The translations under genes and the position numbers were made by a program. The notes under the pieces were generated by a model. The model was not told the DNA's origin, did not search any database, and worked only from the letters and a program-made list of their open reading frames with translations. 64,000 nucleotides of DNA from Ginglymostoma cirratum (Eukaryota): assembly GCA_024137785.1 (NCBI GenBank), contig JAHRHZ010000066.1, forward strand, positions 11,162,202 through 11,226,201, written 5' to 3'. The stretch's first letter is position 1. Every line of letters begins with the position of its first letter. Shown here piece by piece: positions 1 through 12,690 of this stretch.

Positions 1-1633
1 TTTGGCTCTCAGATGGAAGACTAAAGTTGGTCTTTAGTCTCAGCCAACTTAGAGTTTGGAACCAGTCCAGGCTAAGTTGCAAAAATAGATCACGTTTATC
101 AATATTTCAGATTAAATTGTCTTTTTATGTATCTACACCAGGTACAAGAGGGTTATTAAGGTGTTTGCAAACAGGTGTAACAGGATTACAAGAGTAGTTC
201 AATAATCAGCAATATTCATATGTTAATTAATTCACACAAGCTTTGGGAATTATTCGGCACTGAGAAATATCAATTCTCACATCCCTTTCCCCACCATCTG
301 CATTACACAAATGTGAAAAGAAAAGCTTATGAAAATATCCATTGATGTGACAACAGCAGTGCTAATAGAATCTTCATGGCACTTGCAAATGCTGATCATC
401 TTTTAGAAAACATTCCTTGCCATCTCATTTTTTTCAAATACATTTGAAATGGTTCATTGATGGGAGAGTCTCACAAAGAAAACATTTGAGTATGCTTCAT
501 TTGTGAGAAAACAAAGTTGATAATTTGCTCAGGCTTGCAATGCGCAAGTGATGTGGGAGGTCAGAAGTATAAGCAGGCCCACAGTAAGTGCCTAATCCCA
601 GCAGGTGGCAGTGAACGGAGGAGAGCCATTTAACCAGCTGATAATTTTGACTTTTTCTGGAGCACAGTTCCTCGTGCACCGGCAGATCTCCAGCACTGCG
701 TGCAAGTGACCGTTCTTCAAATGTGAGCCTAAGTAGCATCTGTCAGCCAGCTATTCAACTGTGGAGGATATCACAGCCAAACCCATCTTTCACACATGGA
801 CACTTACCAGCAGGTGATCTCTGAACAAGCAAAAACAGGAGGCCCAGATGGTGTTTAACCAGTATAGCATAAGGAATCAAAGGTCATCTGTAACATCTCA
901 GCTGCTTCCCAATATTCACTACTGCACAGGTAAGTAGGAATTCATTTTGAGACCTCACTGATTTTTAGATCTCAATTTTACCCCAGATCATGCATTTACA
1001 AGCTGAGGTGTGGAGAGACAATTGCTATTCCTCTTTTGAAAGCATTTTGCTCTTGTCCCATCTTCATCAGTTTGCATCATATGTTACTTAGTTGATTCAG
1101 TTTTAATTGACTATTCACAGAAGCCTGCATCCCCCTTCCCACCCCTGCAGACAAGTGCTCAGACCTAGATTTTCACAGAGACTCCAAAATGGTGAGTGGT
1201 GCTGGATCTCAAAATTCTGTTCCCATTTCCAACAGTAGGGAAAAGGAGGTGCAGTATGACTCACACATGAGTCAGGGAAAACCAAAATGAGCAAGGCCAT
1301 TTTGACATAGCTCTAAATTCAAATGGACTTCACTTTTATCACAGCAAAAGCCTTCACCAGCAGTATGGGAGGCACAATGTTTTAGAACAGTGGTAAATGC
1401 TTTTGAAGGAGCAATGTGGAACAGCCAAACTATGAATTTGTTTAAATCACCACTGCTTTGAAGAATAAAAAGAAACCTATGTTAGTGAAAGGTTAAATAA
1501 AACACCCATTGTGAGGCTATTTAACTCCCCAAACATCTTTTAATGTCATTAAAAATAAACTGCTTGTGTCAGTGAGTTAAAAAAAATCCAGGTTATTGAT
1601 ATTAGCATATGGGCTTTCAGTATTATTATTGTG

Positions 1634-1725
1634 AGGGTCTTGTGGCACAGTGGTAGTGTCCATGCCTCTGAGTCTGGGTTCGAGTCCCACCTGCCCCAGA
1701 AGTGTGTCATAGTCCTTGAACAGAT
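1634..1725 (+). mobile_element. tRNA-derived SINE head fragment
   Basis: Pol III A-box-like TGGCACAGTGG and B-box GGTTCGAGTCCC with tRNA-like spacing; no complete cloverleaf. Confidence 0.6.
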
Positions 1726-3339
1726 TATTCATGATTGCCTGGTCCCTCAAGTTACCCAAGCAGGGGTCCGAAGTACATAGTTTAATTGACAAGTCAAAAA
1801 GTTTATTAAAGGATTAATTATCTTTGACGTGGAGTTACATATACAAATATGTTTTTTCGTTGAGGACTCCATTCTTGAAGATATTTACATGTTTTTCATT
1901 AGTTTTTATAAATGTGAGACTTAAACTTTTACAATAATAAAGGCTGTAATAGATAGTTCGACCTTTATGTCATTCCAAAATGGCTCCTGAGATCTGCCAT
2001 TCTTGGTGAGTTGGCATGGACAGTATAAGAAAAAGAGTGCTAGGTGAATTGGCATGAAGGACATTAGGGCCCAACAGATGGTGGTAGGGCTTGAGTTGGC
2101 ATAGGGTATGGCAAAGACCAATCTGTAAGGGGGGTGCCGAGTTGGAAAGAGGAACAAGCGATGAATGCCCTCTTATCTACCTTTCCCTTCCAAGGCCTGA
2201 GCAGGGTAATCAGTCAGATTTCCCTTTTATCCCTGAATTCCTCCTGCCAGCATCAAAGATCTGACCAGGCAGAAACGGCCTTTAAGTAGGTAATTCTTTG
2301 CCATTTAAGGAGCTCATTTTAAGGAAGGGTGAACAGATTGTCGATAAATGTCCACGTAAATTGAAGATGAATGTGTAGGCAGTGAGTAGACCAGTCAGGA
2401 AACTTTTTTCCCCAACTCCCACCCGTCACCACCAATTGCTGCCCACTTGCAAACCGTCCAGTGAGAAACTGTAAATCCAGCCCATTCCTCATGGGATAAA
2501 ACATGGGAGAATACCTCACGTCCTCCATTTTCACTGATCTATTAAAAAAGACTGCTGTCTCAAAAACTGGATGTTTCAAACTGCAAGACTTTATGCCTGC
2601 AATTTTATGAGCAAATTTCTAATTATTTATTCATAATTTCATTTCTCCTGAATGTTGGCATAAGTGTTCTAATGATGGACAAAGAAAGTAAAAAATCGCT
2701 CGCACGGCTTACAGATGTTTGTGACTAAAGTCTTATAGTCGCTAAAAGAATAATTGAGTCACTCATGATCAGTGCTCCTCCAAAACAGATCATAAGTTGT
2801 TGCAAAACTGAGGTACAAAAGCAAAATCTTCCTTTGTCATCTCAATATGACCACATGTCAAATTAAAGATTTTAGAGTGGTTTTGTAAAGGATCATAATG
2901 TAGATGCAAATGAAGTAAGGGATTTTCCCAGCTTGTGTTGACAGACACAATTTAAGCGACTTTCTTACTTTGTGTGATCTGCACTATCACCGTCAGTTTC
3001 TAATGAACGGGCCTTGTACTGCAGTCCGTAATCCATGCATAAATCTGTTGGCGTCTCCAACACCAGCCATCAGGAAAGCCTAGTTCACCACCCACAGCTC
3101 AGTTGAATCTCAACAGGATTTCCTTTAGAACTAGCTGTGCAAAAACCTGTGAATCAGGAATCAGTGATGCCAGCACATTAAATAATCCCTTAGATTTTGC
3201 TTCCAACACCCAAAACAAAATATGGGTTGTTTGTGTAGGAAAAAAACCATGACTTCTATCCTTAGGTTACCTTTCCCCAATTTGAACCTATGTCTGGTTG
3301 TAATACCTTGATAGCAATGGGCTAGAGGGGTTAAATTTT

Positions 3340-3690
3340 GAGGTCAGATAGACTAGTTTTGTGTTCCCTTGAGTATAGAAGATTACTGAATAATCTAAGC
3401 AAGGCGCTTAAAATAATTAAACGAGATAATAGGGATAATAGCAGGGAGTACTTGCTTACATAAAGGATAGTAGAAGTCTGAAACTCTTCCCTCCCCACAT
3501 CAAAACTGTGTGGATGACAGTCAATTGAAAAATTCAAATCTGAGATTGAATGCATTTTGTTAGGCAAGGATATTAAGATTGCAGAACCAAGGTGAGCAGC
3601 TGGAGTTGAGATTCATATTAACCATGGTGTAATTGAATAACAGAGCAGGCTGGAGAAACTGAATGGCCATCCACTATACCGATGTATAAT
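3340..3690 (+). mobile_element. Old CR1 LINE 3' end fragment
   Basis: Degenerate ORF2 C-terminus and 3' UTR (aaattcaaatctgagattga...ttttgttaggcaaggatattaag...gagcaggctggagaaactgaatggcc), homologous to 6470-6645 and 59345-59465. Confidence 0.65.
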
Positions 3691-6469
3691 TTGAAGTAAT
3701 ATTCCAGAATTACCCCATTTCTAAACCATTTATTATCTTAGATATATTTATTTAATGTCGCTTCCTAGTTTTATTTAGATGTTTTTTGAGGGATTGATTA
3801 TCTCCTATAAATCTTCATAGTGCCAATTTCATCACATTAATGAAGGAATGAAAATACATTAACCACTTAAAATGCAACAGGAATATCTTGTTCAATTGCA
3901 CATACCTGTATCTCAATGCTGTACACTCTGACTTGCTTTAATCATTCTACAGATGTTTCAGACACCTCTCAAGATAGACATCTTTTATATATTTAAATAT
4001 GTTTGACATTCAATAAATGAGGATTAACTTGCCCTGGGTAAGATCGTTTTTCTTGCAGTCATAAGAAAGCCAAATATGATTATGCATATGAGGAAATTAT
4101 ACAGTCATGAGTAAAGTTTAATATACAATAATTATTTGAAAAGATATAGTTGAACATTGATTAGTACTACCTTCAGTCAAGGATGAGTGAGGGATTCAAG
4201 AGCTCAGGATCTAAAGATGGAAAGAAAGAAAAACAAAGATTTAAAGCAGATGGAAATGTGAAAATGTGTAGCTTTAATAAAAGCACAGAAACAGTAGTTT
4301 TGCTTAATCTTTTCACAAGAACAAATCTTCATGGAAAATTAAACAAAGTTCCTCCAATGCTTAAGAATCCTTCGCTCATCTTTGCATCGTTAGCTTTTTC
4401 TTTTGAGTAGATTCAAATACTATTGTGTTACATATGGAATTATGTATTGAAAAATGAAGGAAATTTGTTCTGAAGATATTTGAAGCGTGCCTTTAAAAAT
4501 TATATATCATTCATTGTGAAAAACTATATTGGCTGACTTAGATTCTTATGCAGCTGTTGGCTCAATGTTATTATCTATAGTTAGTGTCTCAAATAGCCAC
4601 ATGGCAGACTGACAATAGCTAATATAATGTTGCATGCTTTCAGTTCCATGGAGAATATTTGTGCACACTCACATGTTGCCAACACCCATTTAAATGTAAT
4701 TTTTAATTAATAAACTTAATTAATAAAACTAAGCTTAAACTTAATTTTTGGGTAAACATGGGTTTAAATCAAAATGCTACTGAGGTCACAAGGCAGAATA
4801 GATAGATATAGAATTGGGGACCAAGAAAAGTTCCAGTACACAGAATATTTGGAACATGGATAATGTGGGATATGGCTCACACATATGCAGTTCAATTATT
4901 CGCTTACACTGAGAATACATCCAAATTGATATTGGTTTGAAACCAAGTCAGGTTTGGCCTTTATTCATTGATTCCAGAAGTTTTGCAGAATATAATTTAT
5001 TCTGAAGTCACCCAATTTTGGATGAATTCAATACTACAATGACTGTAATACCTTTAATGACTTTGCAAGAATGTCTCAATCATGAAAGCAGATTTGTGAA
5101 GAGTGTTTAATTGAGAAAGATCGCATGAAATGGTTAAATCAGGTATGGCATGGTCTGATGAATAGCTGTGTAGTGAGCCTAGAGTACTGAATAGGGCTAT
5201 GGTGTGCAAGATGTAGAAGTAGCTTATGGCTTCCTGGTAGATGGCAGTTTCTTCCTCAGAAGAAGGAAATCTCACATGTCACAGACCACTGCAACATTGG
5301 TAGAGTTTGGTAGTCAGTCAATTACCACATATTTGTGCAGGATTGGCATAGTGTGGCGACCCAGTAAAAATAATGAATATTTTTCCTATCAACAGGGAAA
5401 ATTTATTTCTTTAGGACAAATCTATTCATTATCTTAGATCCACATCAATTCTATTCATATTCAGATTGTTAGACTGGGAGGGGATCTTCCACAAATCCCA
5501 TTTACTAGAGTGTTCCTGTGGCTGTACGTGAATTGTTCTCCCTGTTGACAGATGGAGCTGTTGATCTATCTCCTGACACATATTAAACATCAAATGCATT
5601 GCAGTATGAGATGTGTAAATCAGATCACGGTACATGGAAATCAACAGATAAACTGAAGAGAAAGGAGAATCAGCTGATATTGTAAGAACATTGTAAATAT
5701 ACACTCGGATTCTTAATTGTTTTTAAATTCCTTCTTTGTGTTAACATCAGCAGTTGTACCAAGAGCCTTGGGATGCATCTGTCTCTCAACCATTTTCATT
5801 GCCCCACCTACACAACATAATCCATTCTCCAGCCAAGAGGCTGAGCAGCCAACCTACTGCCAGCTGTTTGCTGATACCAGCCTGTAATTACTGTTGGCTG
5901 GCATGCAAGCACGAACTCAGAAAGACAAGGGGCAGAATTTTCCCAGCCATTGAATGAAACAAGAAAGTTGGGAAAATTGGATGAGATTGGCAGTAATGAG
6001 ATTCTCAATATCAAGGGCAGAAAGTCTTACTTTCCAACGAAGTATTGAACACTGAGATGAGAATCTGACCAGTCAGCAGCGATAGCCACATTTACAATAT
6101 TTGCATTCATCAACATCTCATTATTAGTCAGTCTCACCTCAATTCTGTGCAGTTTTCTATTCTCCCACCAACCAGCTAGAAACTAGACAGTGACAATTCT
6201 CAAACATGAATGTCAGACTGGTTACTAGGCAGTTCCAGCTCAATACTGGGCCCTCTGGCCTTCCATCTCGGATACTAGTCATCAACATCTTAGGCCATGT
6301 TCCCTGGGCAGTGACTATGTGCAGATCCACAGACATTGGCATCAGACACATGCAAACCTCACTGCATCATGGCACATCCCTGACACACTTACAATACAGT
6401 TCTCTTGAAGTCAGTGCCGCCCTAGGTAATTTCCCCGAACACTTGTATCAAAAAGAGTAGCATGGGATG

Positions 6470-6645
6470 TTGATGTTTGCAACTCTCTTCCTCAAACAGT
6501 AGTGGGTGCTGAATCAGTTGTTAATTTTAAATCTGAAATAGGTTTTTTTTTGTTAAGCAAAGGTATTAAGAGATATGGGCCAAAGGCAGGTCTATGGATT
6601 AGGCTGCGTATCAGTCATGGGCACATTGAATGGTGGAACAGACTT
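6470..6645 (+). mobile_element. CR1 LINE 3' end fragment
   Basis: aactctcttcctcaaacag...ttaaatctgaaatagg...aaaggtattaagagatatggg...attgaatggtggaacagac, a typical CR1 3' region; cut off by the adjacent minus-strand CR1. Confidence 0.6.
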
Positions 6646-6647
6646 TA

Positions 6648-8165
6648 TATATATTACAAACAACAGAGGTCTCAGCACTGATCCTTATGGAACAACACAA
6701 ATCTGCAATCATAAAAACACCCCTTCATCACTGCCATCTACCTTCCGTGACCAAACCAATTTTGTATCCAATTTACCAACTCACTGTGGATCTCTTGTGA
6801 CTTGATCTTCTGGACCAAACTACCATGAGGGATCTTGTCAAATGCTTTAGTAAAGCCCATGTAGGCAACATCCTCTGCCCTACCCTCATTGATTATCATC
6901 ATCATCACTTCCTCAAAAAGCTCAATCAAATTAGTAAGACAGATCTCCTCTGCACAAAGCCATGCTATCTGTCGCTAATAAGTCCATTCTTTTCCAAATG
7001 CAAAAAGATCCTGCCCTTAAGAACCTTCTCCAACAATTTCCTTTCCACTTATGGAAGGTTGACCAGCCTAAAATTTCCTAGATTATCCCTGTTGCCCTTC
7101 TTAAACAGAGGAATAACAACACTGGCTACTCTCCAGTCTTTTTGGACCTCATCTGTGGCTAAAGAAGATACAAAGATCTCTGTCAAGGCCCCAGCACTCT
7201 CTTCCCTTGCCTCCTTCAGTATCCAGGGATAGATCCCATCAGGCCCTGGGGACTTCCTTATATTTTTCAAGACACCCAACACCTCCTCCTTAATTTCAAC
7301 ATGTCCTAGAGTATCAATATACCCCTACCTAATCTTACCATCATCCATGTCCTTCTCCTTGGTGAATACAGATGCAAAGTACTCATTAAGGACATGACTG
7401 ACTTCTTCTGGCCCCATGCATAAATTCCGTCCTTTGTCCCGGAATGGACCTACCCTTTCCCTGGCTACCCTCTTGCTCCCAATATGTGCATAAAATGCCT
7501 TAAGATTCTCCTTAATTGCACTTACCAAGAACATTTCATGTCCCCTTTTAACCCTCCTAATTCCTTGTTTAAATTCTTTCCTGCTTCTTTTATATGCCTC
7601 AAGGGATTGTCTGATTTCAGTTTCCTAAACCTAACATATTGTTCCCTTTTCTTTTTGACTAAACTTTCAATTCTCTTCTCATCCAGGGTTCCTGATCCTT
7701 GCCATCCCTATCTTATATCCTCACAGGAACATGCTGGTGCTGAATGCTGATCAACTGGTCTTTCAAAGACTCCCTCATATCAGAAACAGATTTACCCTCA
7801 AACAGCCACCTCCAATCTAATTTCCTCAGTTCCTGCCTAATACTGTTGTAATTAGCCTACCCCCAATTTAGCACTTTTATCCGTGGACTAGTCTTAACTT
7901 TGTTGATAATTATCTTAAAACTTACAAAATTTTGGTCATTGTTCTCAAAATGCACCCCCACTGAAACTTCAATCACCTGCTCAGGCTTGTTCCACAATAC
8001 AAGTTCTAATTTAGCCCCTTCTCTGGTTGGACTATCTACATATTGTTTCCAGAAACCCTCTTAGATTCACCTAACAAATTCTGCCCCATTTAAGTCCCTG
8101 GCATTAAGGGTGTCCCATTCAATACTGGGGGAGTTAAAATCACCACTACAACAATCCTGTTCCTA
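6648..8165 (-). mobile_element. CR1 LINE ORF2 internal fragment (end of endonuclease, linker, N-terminal RT), frameshifted
   Basis: Minus-strand peptides KSPGPDGIYPWILKEAREE, DWRVASVVIPLFKKGNRDNLGNFR, YMGFTKAFDKIPH, IKENLKAFYAHI; GDFN-like endonuclease motif near 8125-8150; GSVL-like RT motif near 6670-6690. Confidence 0.93.
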
Positions 8166-9159
8166 TGTTTCTATGAATTTGAATGGAAGAAAAGAATAAA
8201 GAAAATTAATATGGGAAAAATGTGAACATTTAAATGATTTTCTCTCCTATTTTCAATTAATGCTTTCCCACACACCTAAAACTTCACCTCGTTCAACCCA
8301 TGCCTCATCTTAAACAAACCATTATCTCTTGCCAAGAGACCAATTGTCAATACAACTTCACATTCTGGTCTAATGTAGCACATTGAATAAATACACCTCT
8401 GTGCAGTGCTTTCAAAACAGTGTTATTCCATTACCTGGACGATGTGAGTTTTCCAAATTGGAATTGAGAGCTCCAACAGTAGGCAATTGAAACCTTCGAC
8501 CACTACATGAGAAGTTAAAAAAAAGAACAGTCCTTTTTGTAATATAAATAGGAAGAGAGATTACTTGGTGCTATTTGTCAACACCATGGGGTGGAATCTT
8601 CACTTTGGGCACAATCAGGAAATTGTGCATGTATTTACATAATTACAAAGTAAAACCTCTGAACCAGCACAATTGGACAGCATCCTGGAATGCAATTGCT
8701 TAATTTGTTATTTCTTGCCATTCATAAGTAATCCTGCATATCTTGAATGATAACTTGATGTTGTTTTATTAATACAACTGAAAAAGGGTTTATCATCAAA
8801 AATAAACCTTGTCAATCAGTATGTCCTGACTAGCACCTTTGAATTACCCATTTAAAATCATTGGACTGAATCTTATAGTTTTTTGGCTCAGTGCAAATCA
8901 AGTTTGGTGTTGTGGTTCATTCCATGAAGCAGAGTAGGTTTTTTTCTCACTGTAAATCACCTCATTAATAGCTGTTTAAGTCCTTGGAACAGGAGTCATG
9001 TCCAACTTGTGAGCTATCATACCCGCCACTGTTCTCGGACAACTCACTGCTCAGTTGAAGTCTTCCATAAGACCAGCAATCCCTTGTGGCCACATCATTT
9101 TCCTTGGAGTGCTGCCATGTGGAGGTTGTGCTGCTCAGCCGTGGAAGGAGTGAAGAGAG

Positions 9160-9389
9160 ATGCTGGGCAAAGAGAGGTTGGTACCGTACTTCCCTGAAAA
9201 GGGACGTGGTAGTTCTTGTGGATGCAGAGGAGAGGAGTCCTCTTCCTGGAAGACTGGCAGAGACAGTCTTGCCACCAGTCTATACCATCTTGATTGAAGA
9301 TTGCCAACTGGGTCAGTGCCAAACCCAGCGTGAGGAGGACTGGGCAACAATGCAGGAAGAAGGTGAATGATCCTCTCTGTTCCTCCAAG
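9160..9389 (+). pseudogene. Harbinger Myb/SANT-like DNA-binding protein, exon 1 (frameshifts and a stop)
   Basis: Across frames: MLGKERLVPYFPE / RDVVVLVDAEER / VLFLEDWQR...*LKIANWVSAKPSVRRTGQQCRKKVNDPLCSSK, then donor AAG|gtaagt; resembles the trihelix/NAIF1-type motif W..IA..VSA....RT..QCRKK.ND; exon 2 acceptor at 9649-9650 followed by GWVPDIHVLTY. Confidence 0.8.
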
Positions 9390-10240
9390 GTAAGTGTGAT
9401 ACTCTGCTCTCTGCTGCCTCATACTTAGCTGTGCCGCTACACTCACCTTCCACCAACGCTTAAGCTCTAACACCACATCTTTGCATGCAACATCGTCCCT
9501 CACTGGCTCTTGTTACCCATTACCTTCCCACACCACTAACTCTGGTTCCCCTCCATACTGCCTCCTCACACCATCAGAACACTTCAACATGAACCACCTC
9601 TAACAGCAGTACCATCCACTTGAATCTTACTCATTTATTCACCAACACAGGAGAACAGAACACATAGGTTGGGTGCCAGATATCCATGTCCTCACCTACT
9701 CCAAGAAAAGGAGACTTGCCCCGGCAGGAGAAGACACAGATTGCTCCTAAGGGGATCTGGAGATATCCAAGTCACAACACTGCAATGGTAACATTGATCA
9801 GGCATCCAACACCATGACTAACCAATGGCCACAAAGTCTTCTGCATCATATGTCTTATAGGTGACCCCACCCTCCCAAGGACCAGCCCACCTCCCCCTGA
9901 GGCCAGTTCCTCAACCTCCCCAGAAAATGGTACGAAGCATTGGGGGGACCATTGTCTATACTGCCTCCTGCAGCACAGATAAGGATATATCACTGGGCTC
10001 CACAAGGGAACCCAGTGAGTTCAAGACATCGACAACCCTATAGATGAGTAAGGGAGAAGCACCCCGGTCTACTGGCAGTCAAAGGAGTGCTGGAGACCAG
10101 GCACTTGCTGAGACTCCCAGCAAGTCATAATCCTATGGTCTGGGCAATGAGGGAATTTGACCAGATGCACAGGGAAAAACAGTAATGGCAGGCAGATATT
10201 CAGGAGGCACAGGCCCTCATAGCGAGTAGGCTGGGACAAT

Positions 10241-10627
10241 GCAGCCAGCCCAGTGATGCACTGCACTGCCTGTTATCGCCCAGACCCTGCAGCAGTACAG
10301 CCAGCCCAGTGATGTACTGCCTGTTATCACCCAGACCCTGCAGCAGTACAGCCAGCCCAGTGATGTACTGCCTGTTATCGCCCAGACCCTGCAGCAGTAC
10401 AGCCAACCTAGAGATGCACAGCCTGTTATCACCCAGACCCTGCAGCAGTACAGCCAACCTAGAGATGCACAGCCTGTTATCACCCAGACTCTGAGGCAGT
10501 ACAGCCAGCCCAGTGATGTACTGCCTGTTATCACCCAGACCCTGCAGCAGTACAGCCAGCCCAGTGATGTACTGCCTGTTATCACCCAGACCCTGCAGCA
10601 GTACAGCCAACCTAGAGATGCACAGCG
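10241..10627. repeat. Minisatellite, 51-bp unit, about 7.5 copies, two unit variants
   Basis: Unit cagcccagtgatgtactgcctgttatcacccagaccctgcagcagtacagc (A) with variant start caacctagagatgcacagcc (B); 17-aa periodicity in the ORF track (LAVLLQGLGDNRQYITG). Confidence 0.97.
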
Positions 10628-10964
10628 CAGTGCCACAAGGCACCCAGCAGGAGAAGGAGCCCTCCCCAGTCTTGATGTAGGAGTCTGTAGAGGTGCCCAA
10701 GAACTCAACCTGCACACTGCCTGTCCCCATTTTGATCCTTGGAAGTTCTAGCTGAGGAAGATCAACTTGTCTCTGGCAGGTAGACTCTTGATAGATCTGA
10801 CCCATCCATACCCATCCTGGGTCACCCAGCAAAACCTCCAGGCCTATGCAGCTGGGTCCCTACATCCATCTGTATCAAAGCTGGAGGGAAAGGAAAAGAA
10901 AGTTGTATAAATGGCACAGGTGGGCAATGGCCGGAAAACCTTTGACTAATTCTAAAGAAAGGTC

Positions 10965-11542
10965 TGCTCGCAAAAAAGACCCTGAACTACCTGTTGCCTG
11001 CCACTTCAATGCACCACCCTGCTCCCTGGCCAACATCTCTGTCTCTGGCTTGCTACAGTGTTCCAGTGAAGCCCAACACAAGCTGGAGGAACAACACCTC
11101 ATTTTCCGTTTGGGGACCCTACAGCCCTCTGGACTCAATATTGAGTTCAATAATTTTAGGGCCTAAACTCTCCCATGTCCCAGCCTCCCACCCCACACAC
11201 CAGGCTTTGTTGCCACCATTACACACCCACGGTTGTTAGTCACTAACCGTGCCCATTAACAACTACTCACCCTCCCAGCCTGATCATTAGCAACTCCTTT
11301 GTCTGTCCAACTGTCTTTCTCTCTCTTTGGGATCTATCCTTTCGTTTAGTCCCTACCCCACCCACCTTCCTATTTTCTGCATATAAACTGACGTTTTCCC
11401 AGCCACCATCAGTTCTGAGAAAGGGTCACCGGACCCGAAACGTTAACTCTGTTTTCTCCTTCACAGATGCTGCCAGACCTGCTGAGCTTTTCCAGCAACT
11501 TTGTTTTTGTTCCTGATTTACAGCATCCACAGTTCTTTTGGT
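10965..11542 (+). mobile_element. 5'-truncated Penelope-like retroelement (GIY-YIG C-terminus plus terminal repeat), 15-bp TSD
   Basis: Peptide DPELPVACHFN...KLEEQHLIFRLGTLQPSGLNIEF*; flanked by ttctaaagaaaggtc at 10950-10964 and 11543-11557. Confidence 0.9.
11411..11448 (+). ncRNA. Minimal type I hammerhead ribozyme-like motif (core variant)
   Basis: agtt-CTGAGAA-AGGGTCACCGGACCC-GAAACGTT-aact: stem II GGGTC/GACCC, stem I agtt/aact, palindromic AACGTT stem III; core G8 is substituted. Confidence 0.65.
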
Positions 11543-11680
11543 TTCTAAAGAAAGGTCACTGAATTCAAAGCATTAACTCTGCTTTTTCTCCATAGATGCT
11601 TCTAGACCTGGTGAGTTTCTCCAAAAAATTTCTGTTTGTGTTTCAGCTCTCCAGCATCCGCTGTTCTTGGGTTTTATTAA
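11543..11680 (+). mobile_element. Older Penelope-like terminal repeat fragment (host of the 10965-11542 insertion)
   Basis: Diverged copy of 11413-11542: ttctaaagaaaggtcactgaattcaaagcattaactctg...catagatgcttctagacctggtgagtttctcc...ccagcatccgctgttctt. Confidence 0.8.
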
Positions 11681-12040
11681 TTATAACCCTTGTCCAACAT
11701 TTGTTCACAGTATGAGCAGATGTAAATTTTTTGTTTAGCATTCTGTAGTATTTGCAGCTTCTTCTGAAAACCATTTCATGTTGAAAGTTTGATTTTCACA
11801 TAATATACTGTATATAGTTATTAACCTTTGTGTTTCACCATTCACAGAGTTGTCCCTGCCTTTGTTTTAGGTTTAAACACCTTGTAGCATCTTACAGCAT
11901 CAACATTTGGCCATTAATGAATCACAATGGCTGGGGTTTATGTCGAGGGCAAAATACACCATGTTTGAGCAGGGTTAGCAATACATGTGCACGGCATTGA
12001 CTCACTCCTATACCTTAGTGATTGCCTACTTCATCATTGC

Positions 12041-12690
12041 CTACTTTTTGGCTGCCCGTGTCTGCAGGAGTTTACGTCTGAGGGAGTTGCCCAGCTCTGA
12101 CAGTGACAAAGGGAGGTACAACCAAGATGGAATATGCCTCAAGTTGGCCAAGGGATAAGCTCCCTGCATTCTTGCGTGGTCAACATATCTTGCATTGCAG
12201 GACAGTGTCATTCTCCTGTGAATACACTGTGAACAGTTGCAGATGCAGTGACACAGCTCCTTCCTTTTCAAGTCAGCCCATTGTGATGCCTCATCCTCTC
12301 CTTTTCAGTGCCAATGTATCAACTGCACAGGTTTTGTACTTGCCCATGTCATCATCCAAGCCATGCACATGTCACACCTGTCACACCAATACCCTAGTCC
12401 CCAATTCCCTAAGCACCCCCTTCCTCCTTCTTAATGTCTGTGAACAGTTCTAATGGGATGACAATGGACAAACTGACAGGACAGCGCCAGCCAAGCCTCA
12501 CCCAGATCCCTGTCTGGTGGCCACACATGTCTATGACTGCTGCAGACCTCTCCACTGGTCTAGAGACAAAGAACCCAGCGTGACCAATTCCATGAGGCAC
12601 AAAGCCCTGTGCAATGCCCCACATGAATGCCTGACCTTGGCCGAAACCTGGGACTGGTATGGGAGAATACTCTTGCCCACATGGGACCAC
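12041..12690 (-). pseudogene. Harbinger (HARBI1-like DDE) transposase remnant
   Basis: Minus-strand FFVSRPVERSAAVIDMCG resembles FFASGSFQGSA.DLCG; KRKEL/SLHLQL resembles NRKGFHSLNVQL; CIHRRMTLSCNARY resembles CDHR..ILHV.ARY; motifs are in the expected order but heavily decayed. Confidence 0.6.

Noticed and set aside
1634-1700. tRNA gene
   Set aside because: A and B boxes are present but there is no acceptor stem or anticodon arm; fits a SINE head
10241-10627. CRISPR-like repeat array
   Set aside because: Units are contiguous with only two recurring variants, there are no unique spacers and no cas genes, and the context is eukaryotic: a minisatellite
10200-10832. 210-aa and 166-aa minus-strand ORFs as repeat proteins
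   Set aside because: Open only because the 51-bp unit lacks stops; no domain similarity and no gene structure
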